Source: Lentisphaeria bacterium
Lineage (GTDB): Bacteria > Verrucomicrobiota > Lentisphaeria > JABSQK01 > JAWLHB01
Assembly (NCBI GenBank): GCA_041690595.1
Contig: JAWLHB010000020.1
Coordinates: forward strand, 1-64,000
Direction of reading: 5' to 3'
DNA: 64,000 nt
Shown: positions 48,817 through 58,458 of the stretch, piece after piece
How the letters are laid out: every line of letters begins with the position of its first letter
Position numbering within the stretch: the stretch's first letter is position 1
Notes under the pieces: model-generated
Told to the model about the DNA's origin: nothing
Seen by the model: only the letters and a program-made list of their open reading frames with translations
The model's database searches: none
Position numbers and translations under genes: made by a program

Positions 48817-48876
48817 GAGTGCCAGATGGATGACTGAAGCTGTGGGATAAGCATGATGGAGTGTCTGGACTGGGGG

Positions 48877-49617
48877 TTATTCACTTAAGCCGCTCCCGGG
48901 GTAATCATGCTCGGGATGCCACATCTGATAGCCGAAGGTGCCGGGCCCCAGCATGAACCGCGGCCATTCCGCCAGAGCTTCGACATGATTGTCCATGAAG
49001 ACGAAGTTGGCCGTCCCGTCGATGTGACGGTGATAGGGAAAGGGCTGCGCCGGATTGGGGGGCAGGGCATCCGCGTGGGTGTAGCCGAAGCGGCTGATGC
49101 CGGCGACCGTGGGATCCAGATTGGCGAGGCCGAAATAGTTGCTGCCGGAGCTGTCCGCTATAGTCACCTTGCTGGCGGGATCCTTGACGGCGTTGCGGTG
49201 CATGAGGGCGAACCACGGGGTGACATTTCCCTCGCTGTTGACCAGCTCCGAGGCAATGTGCTGGTTGATGCCGTAGTTGGTGCCGCGCCAGAGTGCCGTG
49301 GGATCGCCGTCGCCGATGCTGACGAAGGGCTGACTCGGGCACATGAATTCATTGGCAGGGGGGATGGTGGTGTCGAAGACGATCCGGCCGATCTGCGCGA
49401 GGGGAAGCGCCCAGCCGCCTTCGTAAGGCAGGATCGTGTCGTTGTTGCTTGCCGTATAGGTGTTGAGCCAGGTCCCGATCTGCGCCAGATTGTTGGAGCA
49501 CAGCACCGACTTTGCCTGCAGGCTGGCCCGATAGACGACCGGCAGGATGATGGAGGAAAGCGCCATGACCAGCGTCAGGACGATGATCAGCTCGACAAAG
49601 GTGAACGGGCAACGCAT
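48877..49617 (-). CDS. Prepilin-type N-terminal / H-X9-DG-like protein
   Basis: FTFVEL hydrophobic helix, CSNNL.QIG, FMCPS, YGIN and RHIDGTANFVFMDNHV motifs. Confidence 0.8.
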   Translation of the reverse strand: MRCPFTFVELIIVLTLVMALSSIILPVVYRASLQAKSVLCSNNLAQIGTWLNTYTASNNDTILPYEGGWALPLAQIGRIVFDTTIPPANEFMCPSQPFVSIGDGDPTALWRGTNYGINQHIASELVNSEGNVTPWFALMHRNAVKDPASKVTIADSSGSNYFGLANLDPTVAGISRFGYTHADALPPNPAQPFPYHRHIDGTANFVFMDNHVEALAEWPRFMLGPGTFGYQMWHPEHDYPGSGLSE

Positions 49618-49881
49618 GTGCGGCACCCTCCAGAACGGTCTGTGGTGGAGGTAACCGGGGGGGCGGCTATTGGCAAGTTTGTCGAGGCGTTTGCTTCGCA
49701 AATTCATCTTCGCATGCTACGGTTAACGTCTCTCCCGGCTGCCTGGGACTTTTCCGATCGTACGCTGTTGCATACATCTCGCATGTCGTGAACCACCCGG
49801 CGCAGCTACTGATCGAAGGAACAGCAGTCCTCACACAGATACAAAGTAAACATGCACTTAGCAAGTCGAATGGAGTGATTT

Positions 49882-51117
49882 ATGCCGGAGAATTTCATTC
49901 AGCAGTCGTTTGCCGACCGGATTGGCGGAGCCATGTTCGGCAAAGAGACGAAGATCTATAAGTTCGAGAAGATCAAGCGTGCCAAGCAGGAAGCGCAGAA
50001 GGCACATCCTGACATCGAGTTGATCGACATGGGCGTCGGTGAGCCGGACGAGATGGCCTTTCCCCAGGTCATCGACCAGTTGTGCGTCGAAGCCGCCAAG
50101 TGGGAGAACCGCACCTACACGGATAATGGCGTCTCCTCCTTCCGCCTGGGCGTGCGCGACTACATGCAGGAACTCTATGGCGTCGAGCTGGATCCGCAGA
50201 CGGAGATCGTGCACTGCATCGGCCTGAAGTCGGCGCTGACGCTGCTGCCGGCCTGCTTCATCAATCCGGGCGACATCACCATCATGACCATCCCCGGCTA
50301 TCCGGTGCTGGGCACGTGGACCGAGTACCTGGGCGGTGAAGTGGTGAAGCTGCCGCTGACCAAGGCGAACGGTTTCTTCCCGGACCTGGAGTCGCTCACC
50401 GACGATCAGCGGCGCCGCGCCAAGTTGCTCTACCTCAACTACCCGAACAACCCGACCGGCGCCTCCGCCTCGCCTGCGCAGTATCAGCAGGCCATCGATT
50501 TCTGCCGCAAGCATGGCATCCTCATCGTCTGCGACGCGGCTTACGCTTCCCTCAATTTCACGGGCAAGCCACTCAGTATCCTCTCGCTGCCTGGCGCCAG
50601 GGATGTTGCGCTCGAGCTGCACAGCATGAGCAAGGGCTTCAACATGACCGGCTGGCGCCTCGGCTGGGTCTGCGGCAATCCCCTGGCGGTCAATGCCTTT
50701 GCGCACGTCAAGGACAATGCGGACAGCGGTCAGTTCGCGGCCATCCAGAAGGCGGCCGTCGCGGCCTTGCGCGAACAGGCGGAGATCACCCCCAGGATCA
50801 GCGAGAAGTACCGTCGCCGCCTGGCGCGCTTGACGGAGATCCTCCGCGGCCTGGGCTTCGACGCCAAGGTCCCGCAGGGCTCCTTCTACCTCTATGTCGA
50901 GATTCCCAAGGGTACGCGCAGCAAGGTCATCTTCGAGGATGCCGAGCAGTTCAGCCAGTGGATGATCAAGGAGAAGCTGATCAGCACCGTGCCATGGGAC
51001 GATGCCGGCCACTTCGTGCGCTTCAGCGCCACCTTCGTCGCCCCGACCGTCGAGGACGAGGCGCGGGTGCTGGACGAGATCGCCAATCGCCTGAGCAAAG
51101 TCGAATTCGTCTGGTAA
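49882..51117 (+). CDS. dapL: LL-diaminopimelate aminotransferase
   Basis: DMGVGEPD, LNYPNNPTG, DAAY and SMSKGFNMTGWRLG PLP motifs. Confidence 0.85.
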   Translation: MPENFIQQSFADRIGGAMFGKETKIYKFEKIKRAKQEAQKAHPDIELIDMGVGEPDEMAFPQVIDQLCVEAAKWENRTYTDNGVSSFRLGVRDYMQELYGVELDPQTEIVHCIGLKSALTLLPACFINPGDITIMTIPGYPVLGTWTEYLGGEVVKLPLTKANGFFPDLESLTDDQRRRAKLLYLNYPNNPTGASASPAQYQQAIDFCRKHGILIVCDAAYASLNFTGKPLSILSLPGARDVALELHSMSKGFNMTGWRLGWVCGNPLAVNAFAHVKDNADSGQFAAIQKAAVAALREQAEITPRISEKYRRRLARLTEILRGLGFDAKVPQGSFYLYVEIPKGTRSKVIFEDAEQFSQWMIKEKLISTVPWDDAGHFVRFSATFVAPTVEDEARVLDEIANRLSKVEFVW

Positions 51118-51142
51118 TTCTGCCTGAACAGGGACCCGCGCC

Positions 51143-54100
51143 CTACCAGTAACGGTAGTCGCGCGGGTCCCATGGCGGGCTGCCGCCGGGGTAGAGATTG
51201 GCGGCCGTGTCGGCACCCGGCGGAATCTCCGTAGCAAGCTCGGCTTTGAATCGGCCGTCGCCGGGGGTGACCTGCAGGGCCAGCACGTTGTCGCCGGCAT
51301 CCAACTCCACGTCGACCGATGCCGGCCCTCGTGGCGAGAGCCCGCGGATGTCGAGCTGAATGCCATTGAGCCAGGCGGTGCCGCGGCCGTCGAAGGTGAA
51401 GCGCAGGCGTGCAGGCTGGGCTTCCGCGGCGGCGATACGCGTCACCGCGAGCGCGGAGGCGTGCGTCGGACCGTCGTCAGCAGTGGAGAGGTTGACCTGG
51501 TTGGTGGCGTCGGCGGTCACCGGCTCCCAGGAGAGCCAGCCGCCTTCAGGGGTCGGATAGCGAGCCGTCGCGTCGATCGCGCCGCTCAACGCGTCCTCGA
51601 GGCCGGGAAGCTTCGAGCGATCCTGTACCGGCGCCAGCACCTGCCACTCGGTCAGGGGGCGAAAGCGCGGTCCCGGCTCCAGCATGCAGATGCGATTGGC
51701 GACCGCCGGGGTGCTGGCCACGCCGGCATTCGTCAGCACCTGCGCGTAAAGCCGGTAGAGGTTGGCCTGGCTGAAGGTCAGGGAACGCGCTTCGGCCGAT
51801 TCGGGACTCCGGCGAATCGTCAGCTCATCCGGGGCCAGGTGAAAGGTGAAGATCTGGCCGCCGCCAAGCTGATGCCAGGAGAAGGCGCCATTGGCGATGG
51901 CATCGGGGGAGGCAGCCGGCACCGGCACCGGATCGCGCCAGCGCAGCAGCTCCGGCCCCACATCGCGCAGCAGCGGCGACTCCAGCGTCGGCGTGTAGCC
52001 ATGGACAATCCAGCGCGGCTGGCGGCGCCTCGCTCCCGGCAACTGAATGGTGGTCCCGCCGCCAGCGATCTGCCGCGCCGCCTGCCGGGCATTGCCGCCG
52101 ATCAGCACGGACGCCTCCTCCGCCGTCTCGCTTGTCCAGGCGCCCAGGACGGTCAGCAACTGGGCTTCGGCGGGTGTGCCGCTGAACATCGCCGGCGCGG
52201 TGGGCACGAGTGGATGCGATCCCGACTGGAGCAGCCGGTGGAAGATCTCCGTCGCGGCCGGATCGGTCCCCACTCTGCCGTCGAGATCGAGGGTGCAGAA
52301 GAGGATGCTTCCCCTGCCGTACCTCCACTCGATGAGGGGCGAATAGCCGAGGTCGAAGCCACTTGCCAGCAGCGGCTGAAAACCAACCACGCGCGGCACC
52401 GCGAGCGTCACGGCGGCAAGCGCCTGGGGTTCCTGCGCGGCTGGAAGCCCGACCGGCGGCCGCCAGTTGGCAAAGGCCTCATCGGCGAGGCCGGCGAGGA
52501 TGGGATGATGCCGGCCGCGGACAACGGCGCGGTCAGCCGCCAGCGTGTTGGTATGGAGTCCGAGTGCCTGCCAGAGCTCCGGCCGCTGGGCCAGGATCAG
52601 CACCCGCAAGCCGGCCGCGATGTCGTCGGCGCTCCAGGGCAGGGGTTGGTGCGGAGTGAGAGCCCGGGGAGCGACGATCAGCAGCTCCGGTTTTGTCTCG
52701 CCGGGCCAGGGCAGGGCGTTGGGGATCCACGCGTTCAGCCAGGCGCCGTCCCGGTTCGGTGCATGCAGGGCGATGGCGCCCGGAGGATTGCCCGCGAGAT
52801 GACGTGGCCAGAGGGTGCCCGTGAAGCGGTCGATCGTCCGCCCATGGAGCTGCAGCGTGATCGCCAGCGGCGTCCGCTCGCTCACGATCGGCAGCATGAC
52901 GGAGATCGGGTCGAAGGCAATCTCCCCGGCCTGCATCTGCCGCGCGATGGTGCCGCCCGCGACCATGGCATCGCCCATGGTGAGGCGCCAACTGAGGCGG
53001 CCATGCCAGGATCCCGGTCCATCCCAGACCCAGGCGATCTGTTTGCGAAGCTCCTCGCCGCCGTACCAGGCGTCTCTCCTGTCGGTGTAGGGCCCCTCCC
53101 CGGCGAGCCAGACGAGGAGCGGCTGCATCAGGGGCGCGACGATGTCAGAATTCTGGTTGAAGGTGCCGTGGCTTTCCGTCCAGGTGCGGCGCCCCCATGC
53201 GGATGGATCGCCGTACCCAATCGCGCTTCCGGGCAGGATGCCGCCGGTGAGATCCCCTGTACGCAGGCTCCTGATGGTCGCCTCGGTGTGGCGGCTGTAC
53301 GCCCGCCACCACGCGGGAAACCACTGGCTGAGCGCTTCATGGAGCGGCACGTCCGCCGGGGGAAAGAGTGCGAGGTGACGCAGGGATTCCGCCGGTTCCT
53401 GAAGGTAGGCCCGATCGCCCAGGACCATGGCCAGATGCTCCGTCAGCAGCACCGGCTCCGCGGTCATGGTCAGGGGCTCCTCCTCGATGAGAAGGGGTCG
53501 CTCATTCCGGCTTTGGCCGATGCCGCGGGCAGTCGCGATATCGCCATTGGCGCCGCCGATGACCAGCGGGCTGCCGTCGGAACGTGTGGCGGCGGGTGCA
53601 TCGTTACCCACCCAGGCCAGTATGCTGGGATGCTCTCCATACTCATGCAGCCAGTCGGCCTGGTGCGCCGGCGGCGGCGCCGGCAGGCAGATGCCGATGC
53701 CGGCCTTGTCCAGCGCGTCGAGCAGCTCATGGGTCGGATCTGCGTCTGGTCGCCACGCGACATTGAAGCCAAGCGACTGGAAGAAGGCGAGGTTGTCGGG
53801 CGTCAAGCCGGCCATGGGATCCAGCCGCCAGCGGCTGACATGACCGTTGAGCATGACGTGGCCGCGCTCCGTCCACACCTCGCGGAAGCCGAAGCGATGA
53901 GCCGGCGGACGATCCATGATTCGGCCCTCCATGGCGACCACGGCCCGCAGGTGATAGAGGTGCGGCGCGTCCAGCTCCCACAGGATCGGCTCCGCCCAGT
54001 CCTGGCTGGTGCGCCATTCGCTGCTGCCGCGAGGCACCTCCCCCAGCCACGACCGCCACCGCAGCACCTGCCGCCCCTGATCATCCAGGACCTCCCAGTA

Positions 54101-54649
54101 GACCGTCATCTCCGCCACGGGATGATCCGCAAAGAGGCGGTAGCTTACCGTCAACTCCCGGAGTCGCCATGATGTCTCAATCCGCACCGCCGATAGCGAG
54201 ACCGGCAGCGGCCTCGCCAGCACCGCGACGGGAAGCGCCGGGAGGCCATGGTCCGGCTGCGTCGCATGGATCAGGAGTTCATGCTCGCCGGGCGAAGTGA
54301 AGCGGGTGATCTCGATCTCGCCGCCCGGTTCGGCAGCTTCCTCCACGCGCCTGCCGTCGATAAAGATGACCGCGGCATCCGCCGAATGGGGGAAGTCGAG
54401 CAGGATCCTCCGGTTCCGCCATCGTTCCGGGATGGCGATCCATTTGCGGTACCAGCCGGATTGGGGCCGCATTCTTCGCGCTCCGGGAACGGTCAGGCTC
54501 CAGCGATGCGTATCCGGCGGCGTCTGCGCCGACTCCGCGGCCTGCATCTGCCATCGCGGCGTGAGGGCAAAGTGCTCCCGCGTATCCTGAGCCGCTGCAA
54601 TCAGCGCCAGAATGAAGCCAAGGCAGACGATTAGGTGGCGAGCATGCAT
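51143..54649 (-). CDS. Secreted GH2 / beta-galactosidase-like multidomain protein, divergent
   Basis: Signal peptide; GWYRK sugar-binding domain; LW....P.LY.L and FGFREV...G...LNG; HPSILAW.GN. Confidence 0.7.
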   Translation of the reverse strand: MHARHLIVCLGFILALIAAAQDTREHFALTPRWQMQAAESAQTPPDTHRWSLTVPGARRMRPQSGWYRKWIAIPERWRNRRILLDFPHSADAAVIFIDGRRVEEAAEPGGEIEITRFTSPGEHELLIHATQPDHGLPALPVAVLARPLPVSLSAVRIETSWRLRELTVSYRLFADHPVAEMTVYWEVLDDQGRQVLRWRSWLGEVPRGSSEWRTSQDWAEPILWELDAPHLYHLRAVVAMEGRIMDRPPAHRFGFREVWTERGHVMLNGHVSRWRLDPMAGLTPDNLAFFQSLGFNVAWRPDADPTHELLDALDKAGIGICLPAPPPAHQADWLHEYGEHPSILAWVGNDAPAATRSDGSPLVIGGANGDIATARGIGQSRNERPLLIEEEPLTMTAEPVLLTEHLAMVLGDRAYLQEPAESLRHLALFPPADVPLHEALSQWFPAWWRAYSRHTEATIRSLRTGDLTGGILPGSAIGYGDPSAWGRRTWTESHGTFNQNSDIVAPLMQPLLVWLAGEGPYTDRRDAWYGGEELRKQIAWVWDGPGSWHGRLSWRLTMGDAMVAGGTIARQMQAGEIAFDPISVMLPIVSERTPLAITLQLHGRTIDRFTGTLWPRHLAGNPPGAIALHAPNRDGAWLNAWIPNALPWPGETKPELLIVAPRALTPHQPLPWSADDIAAGLRVLILAQRPELWQALGLHTNTLAADRAVVRGRHHPILAGLADEAFANWRPPVGLPAAQEPQALAAVTLAVPRVVGFQPLLASGFDLGYSPLIEWRYGRGSILFCTLDLDGRVGTDPAATEIFHRLLQSGSHPLVPTAPAMFSGTPAEAQLLTVLGAWTSETAEEASVLIGGNARQAARQIAGGGTTIQLPGARRRQPRWIVHGYTPTLESPLLRDVGPELLRWRDPVPVPAASPDAIANGAFSWHQLGGGQIFTFHLAPDELTIRRSPESAEARSLTFSQANLYRLYAQVLTNAGVASTPAVANRICMLEPGPRFRPLTEWQVLAPVQDRSKLPGLEDALSGAIDATARYPTPEGGWLSWEPVTADATNQVNLSTADDGPTHASALAVTRIAAAEAQPARLRFTFDGRGTAWLNGIQLDIRGLSPRGPASVDVELDAGDNVLALQVTPGDGRFKAELATEIPPGADTAANLYPGGSPPWDPRDYRYW

Positions 54650-54795
54650 ACCTCTACCTTACCGAAAGCTCCCCCCTTCTGCCAAACCCGCCTGGCCGGC
54701 CTGGACGCCGAGAACCCTGATTGCCCAACGCACGTCGTGGAGCAAGACCCGGAAATGCGGTCACCCAGAAGGAGAAACCAAACCGGATAGATTTT

Positions 54796-54937
54796 ACCAC
54801 GAAGAGCACGAAGAGCACGAAGAAGAGGATTATAAGATCTAAAAGTGAATAAAGATTAGTACAAAAGTCTAAAAGATAACTTATAATCATTATACATTGC
54901 TTTCAGGCATCTTCGTGCTCTTCGTGTTCTTCGTGGT
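54796..54937. mobile_element. Short inverted-repeat element (MITE-like), copy 1
   Basis: ACCACGAAGAGCACGAAGAGCACGAAGA at 54796-54823; its reverse complement (1 mismatch) at 54910-54937; AT-rich core. Confidence 0.6.
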
Positions 54938-55027
54938 GATCATAGTAGCGTCAGATATCTAAGTATGTGAACCGACGGTCCGAGCTTCATTCTGTCCAAT
55001 CCATGGCAGCATCTCCAATTTCTCCTC

Positions 55028-55081
55028 CATCTTTCAATACCGGGAAAGGCGGCTATCGTACGCTGACCACCGCTGCTGACA
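55028..55081 (+). repeat. 54-bp direct repeat, copy A
   Basis: 49/54 identical to 57460-57513 by manual alignment. Confidence 0.9.
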
Positions 55082-55204
55082 CCATTTGCCGGGAGCCCCC
55101 TTTCGTTGCATAAGCCACTCTTCAATCCCAACCTCCTCGACGAAACCCTCCAGGGCTTCGCACCCTACCTCAGGGGAGGTTTACGGACATGCTATTACCG
55201 ATTG

Positions 55205-56785
55205 ATGGTGATGGTGGCGCTGCTGCCGATATTGGCGATAGCGGATGGCAAGTATTATGGGGATCGCGCGATCGTGGCGCCTCCGACGATTCCGGTGCAG
55301 CGGGCGTTGATCCGCTGGGAGGATGGCGTGCAGACGCTGCTGGTGGAGTCGGGCGTAGAGTCGGCCAGCCCGCGCCTGGGGTGGATCCTGCCGGTGCCGG
55401 CGGAGCCGACCGCCTTCGACGCGGCCGAGCCGGGGCTGCTGGCGACGATGAGCCTGGCGCTGCAGCCGCACATCGAGACTGGCGGGGGCATGTCGTGGCT
55501 GCTCTCGGCCTTCCTGCTCTGGACCGTCGGCATGCGCGTGGCCCTCTACGCCTACCTGCGGCGCCGCCATGGCAACCAGGAGATCCGCAAGGTGTTGTGG
55601 GAATCGGTGGCGATCCTGGCCGTGTACGCCATCCTCAGCGGCATGCTGCTGCCGACGCTCGGCAAGTCAAGCGGCATTGCCTCGGGGCCGGGCGTGCCGC
55701 CCAGCGTGGTGGTCACGCAGGTCGTGGCGGTTGGTGCCTACGAGGTGCAGGTGCTGCAGGCGGAGACGGCCGACGCTCTCGCGGCCTGGCTGGCGGAGCA
55801 TGGCTTTGCGGCGCCGAACGCGGCCGCGCGCTCGCACCTCGACGCCTACATCGCGGAGGGCTGGTGCTTCCTGGTCGCCCAACTGCAGCGCGAGGGCGAG
55901 GGCTACTCCGAGCCGCACCCATTGGCGGTGACCTTCCCCACACCGTCGCCCATCTACCCCATGCGGCTGACCGGCGTCGACGCGGTGCCGCTGCACCTGG
56001 ACCTCATCGTCATCGGCGACCAGCCGGCCCGCGCGCCTCACCTTGAGCGCGTGTTCAGCCAGCGCATGTCGCTCTCTAAGGATATGACTTCCCTTCAATG
56101 GTACACGGCGCGCGTTTATCACCCCGCGCTGCCCGAGTATGTCGCCGACAGCGCGTGGGTCACGAGGCTGTCGGGCCGGCTGGAGCTGGCGCAGATGCAG
56201 GCGGACCTGCCAATTATCTTCGATGCGCAGCTGGGGGCTCACCGCGAGGTCCTCTACTCGCATCGCGCCGCCCTGCTGATCGCCGGCGCGATGGCCCTGC
56301 TTGCCTGCACGCTGACTGCGCTGATCATCGGCTTCAAGCAGCAGCGCGTGGACGACCCGGAGCAGCGCAACCGCCTGCCGATGAAGTACATCGCCACCGT
56401 GGTCCTGGTCGCGCTGGGGATCGCCGCAGCCATCTACTTGTACCTGCCGAAGGGCGAAATCGTGCAGGACAGCAGCTACCGACAGGCGGGTGAGGAGGCG
56501 ACGAAGGCGCTGGCCGACATGGAGCGCTCGCTGCAGGAGCTGGCAGCGGATGGGGCCGATGACGCGACGGTTCTCGCGACCGCGCTGGCGGAGCTTCATC
56601 GGAAGGGCATCACCAACGCCTTCACCGGCCAGCCCATCCGCGCCGAGTACTCGCCCGGCAACATCACCATCCATGAGCGCTGGGAGGATGTGCGCGTCCT
56701 GTCCCTCATCGAGCGCAACGGCCAGTCGCACATGTACATCCTGCTGCCCGACGCCGAGCTGCCCGACGCCGAGCCCCCCAAGTAA
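55205..56785 (+). CDS. DUF2330-like membrane-anchored protein
   Basis: ADG, Q.ALI.W, LGWILPVP..P, VGAYEV.VL, YI.EGWCF and PIYPMRLT motifs; start uncertain (ORF open from 55106). Confidence 0.75.
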   Translation: MVMVALLPILAIADGKYYGDRAIVAPPTIPVQRALIRWEDGVQTLLVESGVESASPRLGWILPVPAEPTAFDAAEPGLLATMSLALQPHIETGGGMSWLLSAFLLWTVGMRVALYAYLRRRHGNQEIRKVLWESVAILAVYAILSGMLLPTLGKSSGIASGPGVPPSVVVTQVVAVGAYEVQVLQAETADALAAWLAEHGFAAPNAAARSHLDAYIAEGWCFLVAQLQREGEGYSEPHPLAVTFPTPSPIYPMRLTGVDAVPLHLDLIVIGDQPARAPHLERVFSQRMSLSKDMTSLQWYTARVYHPALPEYVADSAWVTRLSGRLELAQMQADLPIIFDAQLGAHREVLYSHRAALLIAGAMALLACTLTALIIGFKQQRVDDPEQRNRLPMKYIATVVLVALGIAAAIYLYLPKGEIVQDSSYRQAGEEATKALADMERSLQELAADGADDATVLATALAELHRKGITNAFTGQPIRAEYSPGNITIHERWEDVRVLSLIERNGQSHMYILLPDAELPDAEPPK

Positions 56786-56936
56786 AAGGACGTAAAGGAC
56801 GAGCGACCGGATTCTTCCAGGGCTGTTCGGACGCCTGGAAATCTGTCAGGTGCAGCGCCTCAGAAGCGCCATAATCAGCCTGATGCGTTCATTCTGCTCC
56901 GGCGAATGCCGGAACATGTGAGGTCGAAGTCCAATC

Positions 56937-57104
56937 GTGGCGGATACGCCTGAGGCGTATGCATCGGTAGCTACCAGGCAATGCCCCACGTGCGGAGCGG
57001 ACACGGCCAGACGTGGCGCAAACGCTGGCAATCAGTTCCTGGGCTGTAGCAACTACCCGAAGTGCCGCCAGATTCTGCAGTGCGGACCTGGGCCATCGAC
57101 ATGA
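56937..57104 (+). pseudogene. Isolated topoisomerase-type C4 zinc-ribbon fragment
   Basis: Manual translation: CPTCGADTARRGANAGNQFLGCSNYPKCR; 55 codons, below the ORF-track cutoff. Confidence 0.75.
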
Positions 57105-57262
57105 TCAAGGAGCCACCAGCCGAGCAATACCGTGAGAGCCTCCGCCAGCAACCGGCCGTTGCACAGCCTGCCCTCGATATGGCTCCGGAGCCGGTACCTG
57201 TCTGAAAACTCTGGGACTTTCATTGGCATTGCCTGGGGCAGAGGGATCTGGAGAGTAGGCGT

Positions 57263-57445
57263 CAAAAATACCGACGCAAAGTGCGCAAGGGGAACTGCAC
57301 GCTGCAACTTCCGGACGATCTGGAGCGCGTCGTGCGGGTCATTGACGTTCCCGAAGCCGAGCGCACGCTGGCCGACGGCACGCCGCTCACGCGCATCGGC
57401 CAGGACATCACCGAGCAGCTCGCCGCACCGCCCGGCCGTCCCTGA
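57263..57445 (+). pseudogene. IS66-family transposase (TnpC) fragment
   Basis: Manual translation: ...LPDDLERVVRVIDVPEAERTLADGTPLTRIGQDITEQLA, matching the IS66 LP..L.R......D.PE...L..IG.D.TE.L pattern. Confidence 0.65.
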
Positions 57446-57459
57446 TTCAACTACATATG

Positions 57460-57513
57460 CATCTTTTAATGCCGTGAAACGCGGCTATCGTACGGTGACC
57501 ACCGCTGCTGACA
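57460..57513 (+). repeat. 54-bp direct repeat, copy B
   Basis: See copy A at 55028-55081. Confidence 0.9.
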
Positions 57514-57590
57514 TGGCCCCGTCAACGCCGCTTGCTGAGCAGTGCAGTCCACATTTCGTCAATAGCCATTATCAATCCGACGAGGTTCAC

Positions 57591-58418
57591 GTGGCTGAAG
57601 GATATGTATACATTCTCCTGAATCCATCTCTGCGCGCTCATCGTTACAAGATCGGAATGACGACACGTACCCCTGAACAACGGGCAGCTGAGCTATCACG
57701 GTCTACAAGTATTCCCGAACCCTTCGAAGTGGTGTTTTCGAAGAGGTTCACCGATTGTTTGCTTGCCGAACGTTTGGTCAAGGTTCGGCTGCAGGATCAC
57801 CGCATCAGCTCCAATCGGGAGTTTTTTGAGATTGCGCTGGAGGATGCAATGAATGTCGTGGACAGCGTCGCCCAAGAGATAGAAGACTCTCGCAACCTTG
57901 CCTTGGCTGCATCCTATCGACCATCAAGGGAACGCGGTTTTGATACTGCCTTTGAACTGGCCCTGGAGAATGAGCCGGGTGCCCAGTTGGATCTTCTCCT
58001 TGGCGACGAACTTACCGTCCATGTGCCGCCCCCGAAAATGCGTCGTGAAAAGGCTTCAACGGGTACCAAGCAGAAGAAGGACATCGAGGATCATCTCAAT
58101 GTCTGTATGCCAGAGGTTCGGGAAGTCTTCCAACAGTTCCGCGTTCGCGTCAAGAACATAAGTTGGCAAGTGGCTGAAAACGTATGGACCTACGGCGTTG
58201 CTTACAAGGCAGGCCAGAACTTTGTGGAGCTGTATTTTCGCTCGAATCGTCTGGAAGTATGCATGCGGAATACTCGGTATGCTGACCCAGAGAACCTGCT
58301 GGGCAAAGTTCCTGATAGCTACAAGTGGACCTTGAGCCGCAGATTCCTTCTCGAAGACCAAAGTCAACTCGACTATGTTCTTGGACTGGTCAAGCAGTCG
58401 TACCACGATGTTGCGTGA
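57591..58418 (+). CDS. GIY-YIG superfamily T5orf172/MUG113 domain fused to a DUF5655-like domain
   Basis: GYVYIL.NPS...YKIGMT...R..EL...T..P.PF...REFF; C-terminal YADP...L..VKQSY; GTG start after GAGG. Confidence 0.8.
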   Translation: MAEGYVYILLNPSLRAHRYKIGMTTRTPEQRAAELSRSTSIPEPFEVVFSKRFTDCLLAERLVKVRLQDHRISSNREFFEIALEDAMNVVDSVAQEIEDSRNLALAASYRPSRERGFDTAFELALENEPGAQLDLLLGDELTVHVPPPKMRREKASTGTKQKKDIEDHLNVCMPEVREVFQQFRVRVKNISWQVAENVWTYGVAYKAGQNFVELYFRSNRLEVCMRNTRYADPENLLGKVPDSYKWTLSRRFLLEDQSQLDYVLGLVKQSYHDVA

Positions 58419-58458
58419 GTCAACGCATGCGCCGGCGTGAGACGGGAACAACGGCCCA

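Noticed and set aside
49618..49881. Lysine riboswitch upstream of dapL
   Set aside because: No recognisable L-box core or terminator; an Rfam scan would be needed to exclude it fully.
56744..56773. 15-bp tandem duplication (LPDAE x2) at the end of the DUF2330 gene
   Set aside because: Trivial slippage repeat.
57132..57590. N-terminal 153 codons of the 428-aa ORF
   Set aside because: Low-complexity read-through across IS debris; domain similarity and the RBS begin at GTG 57591.
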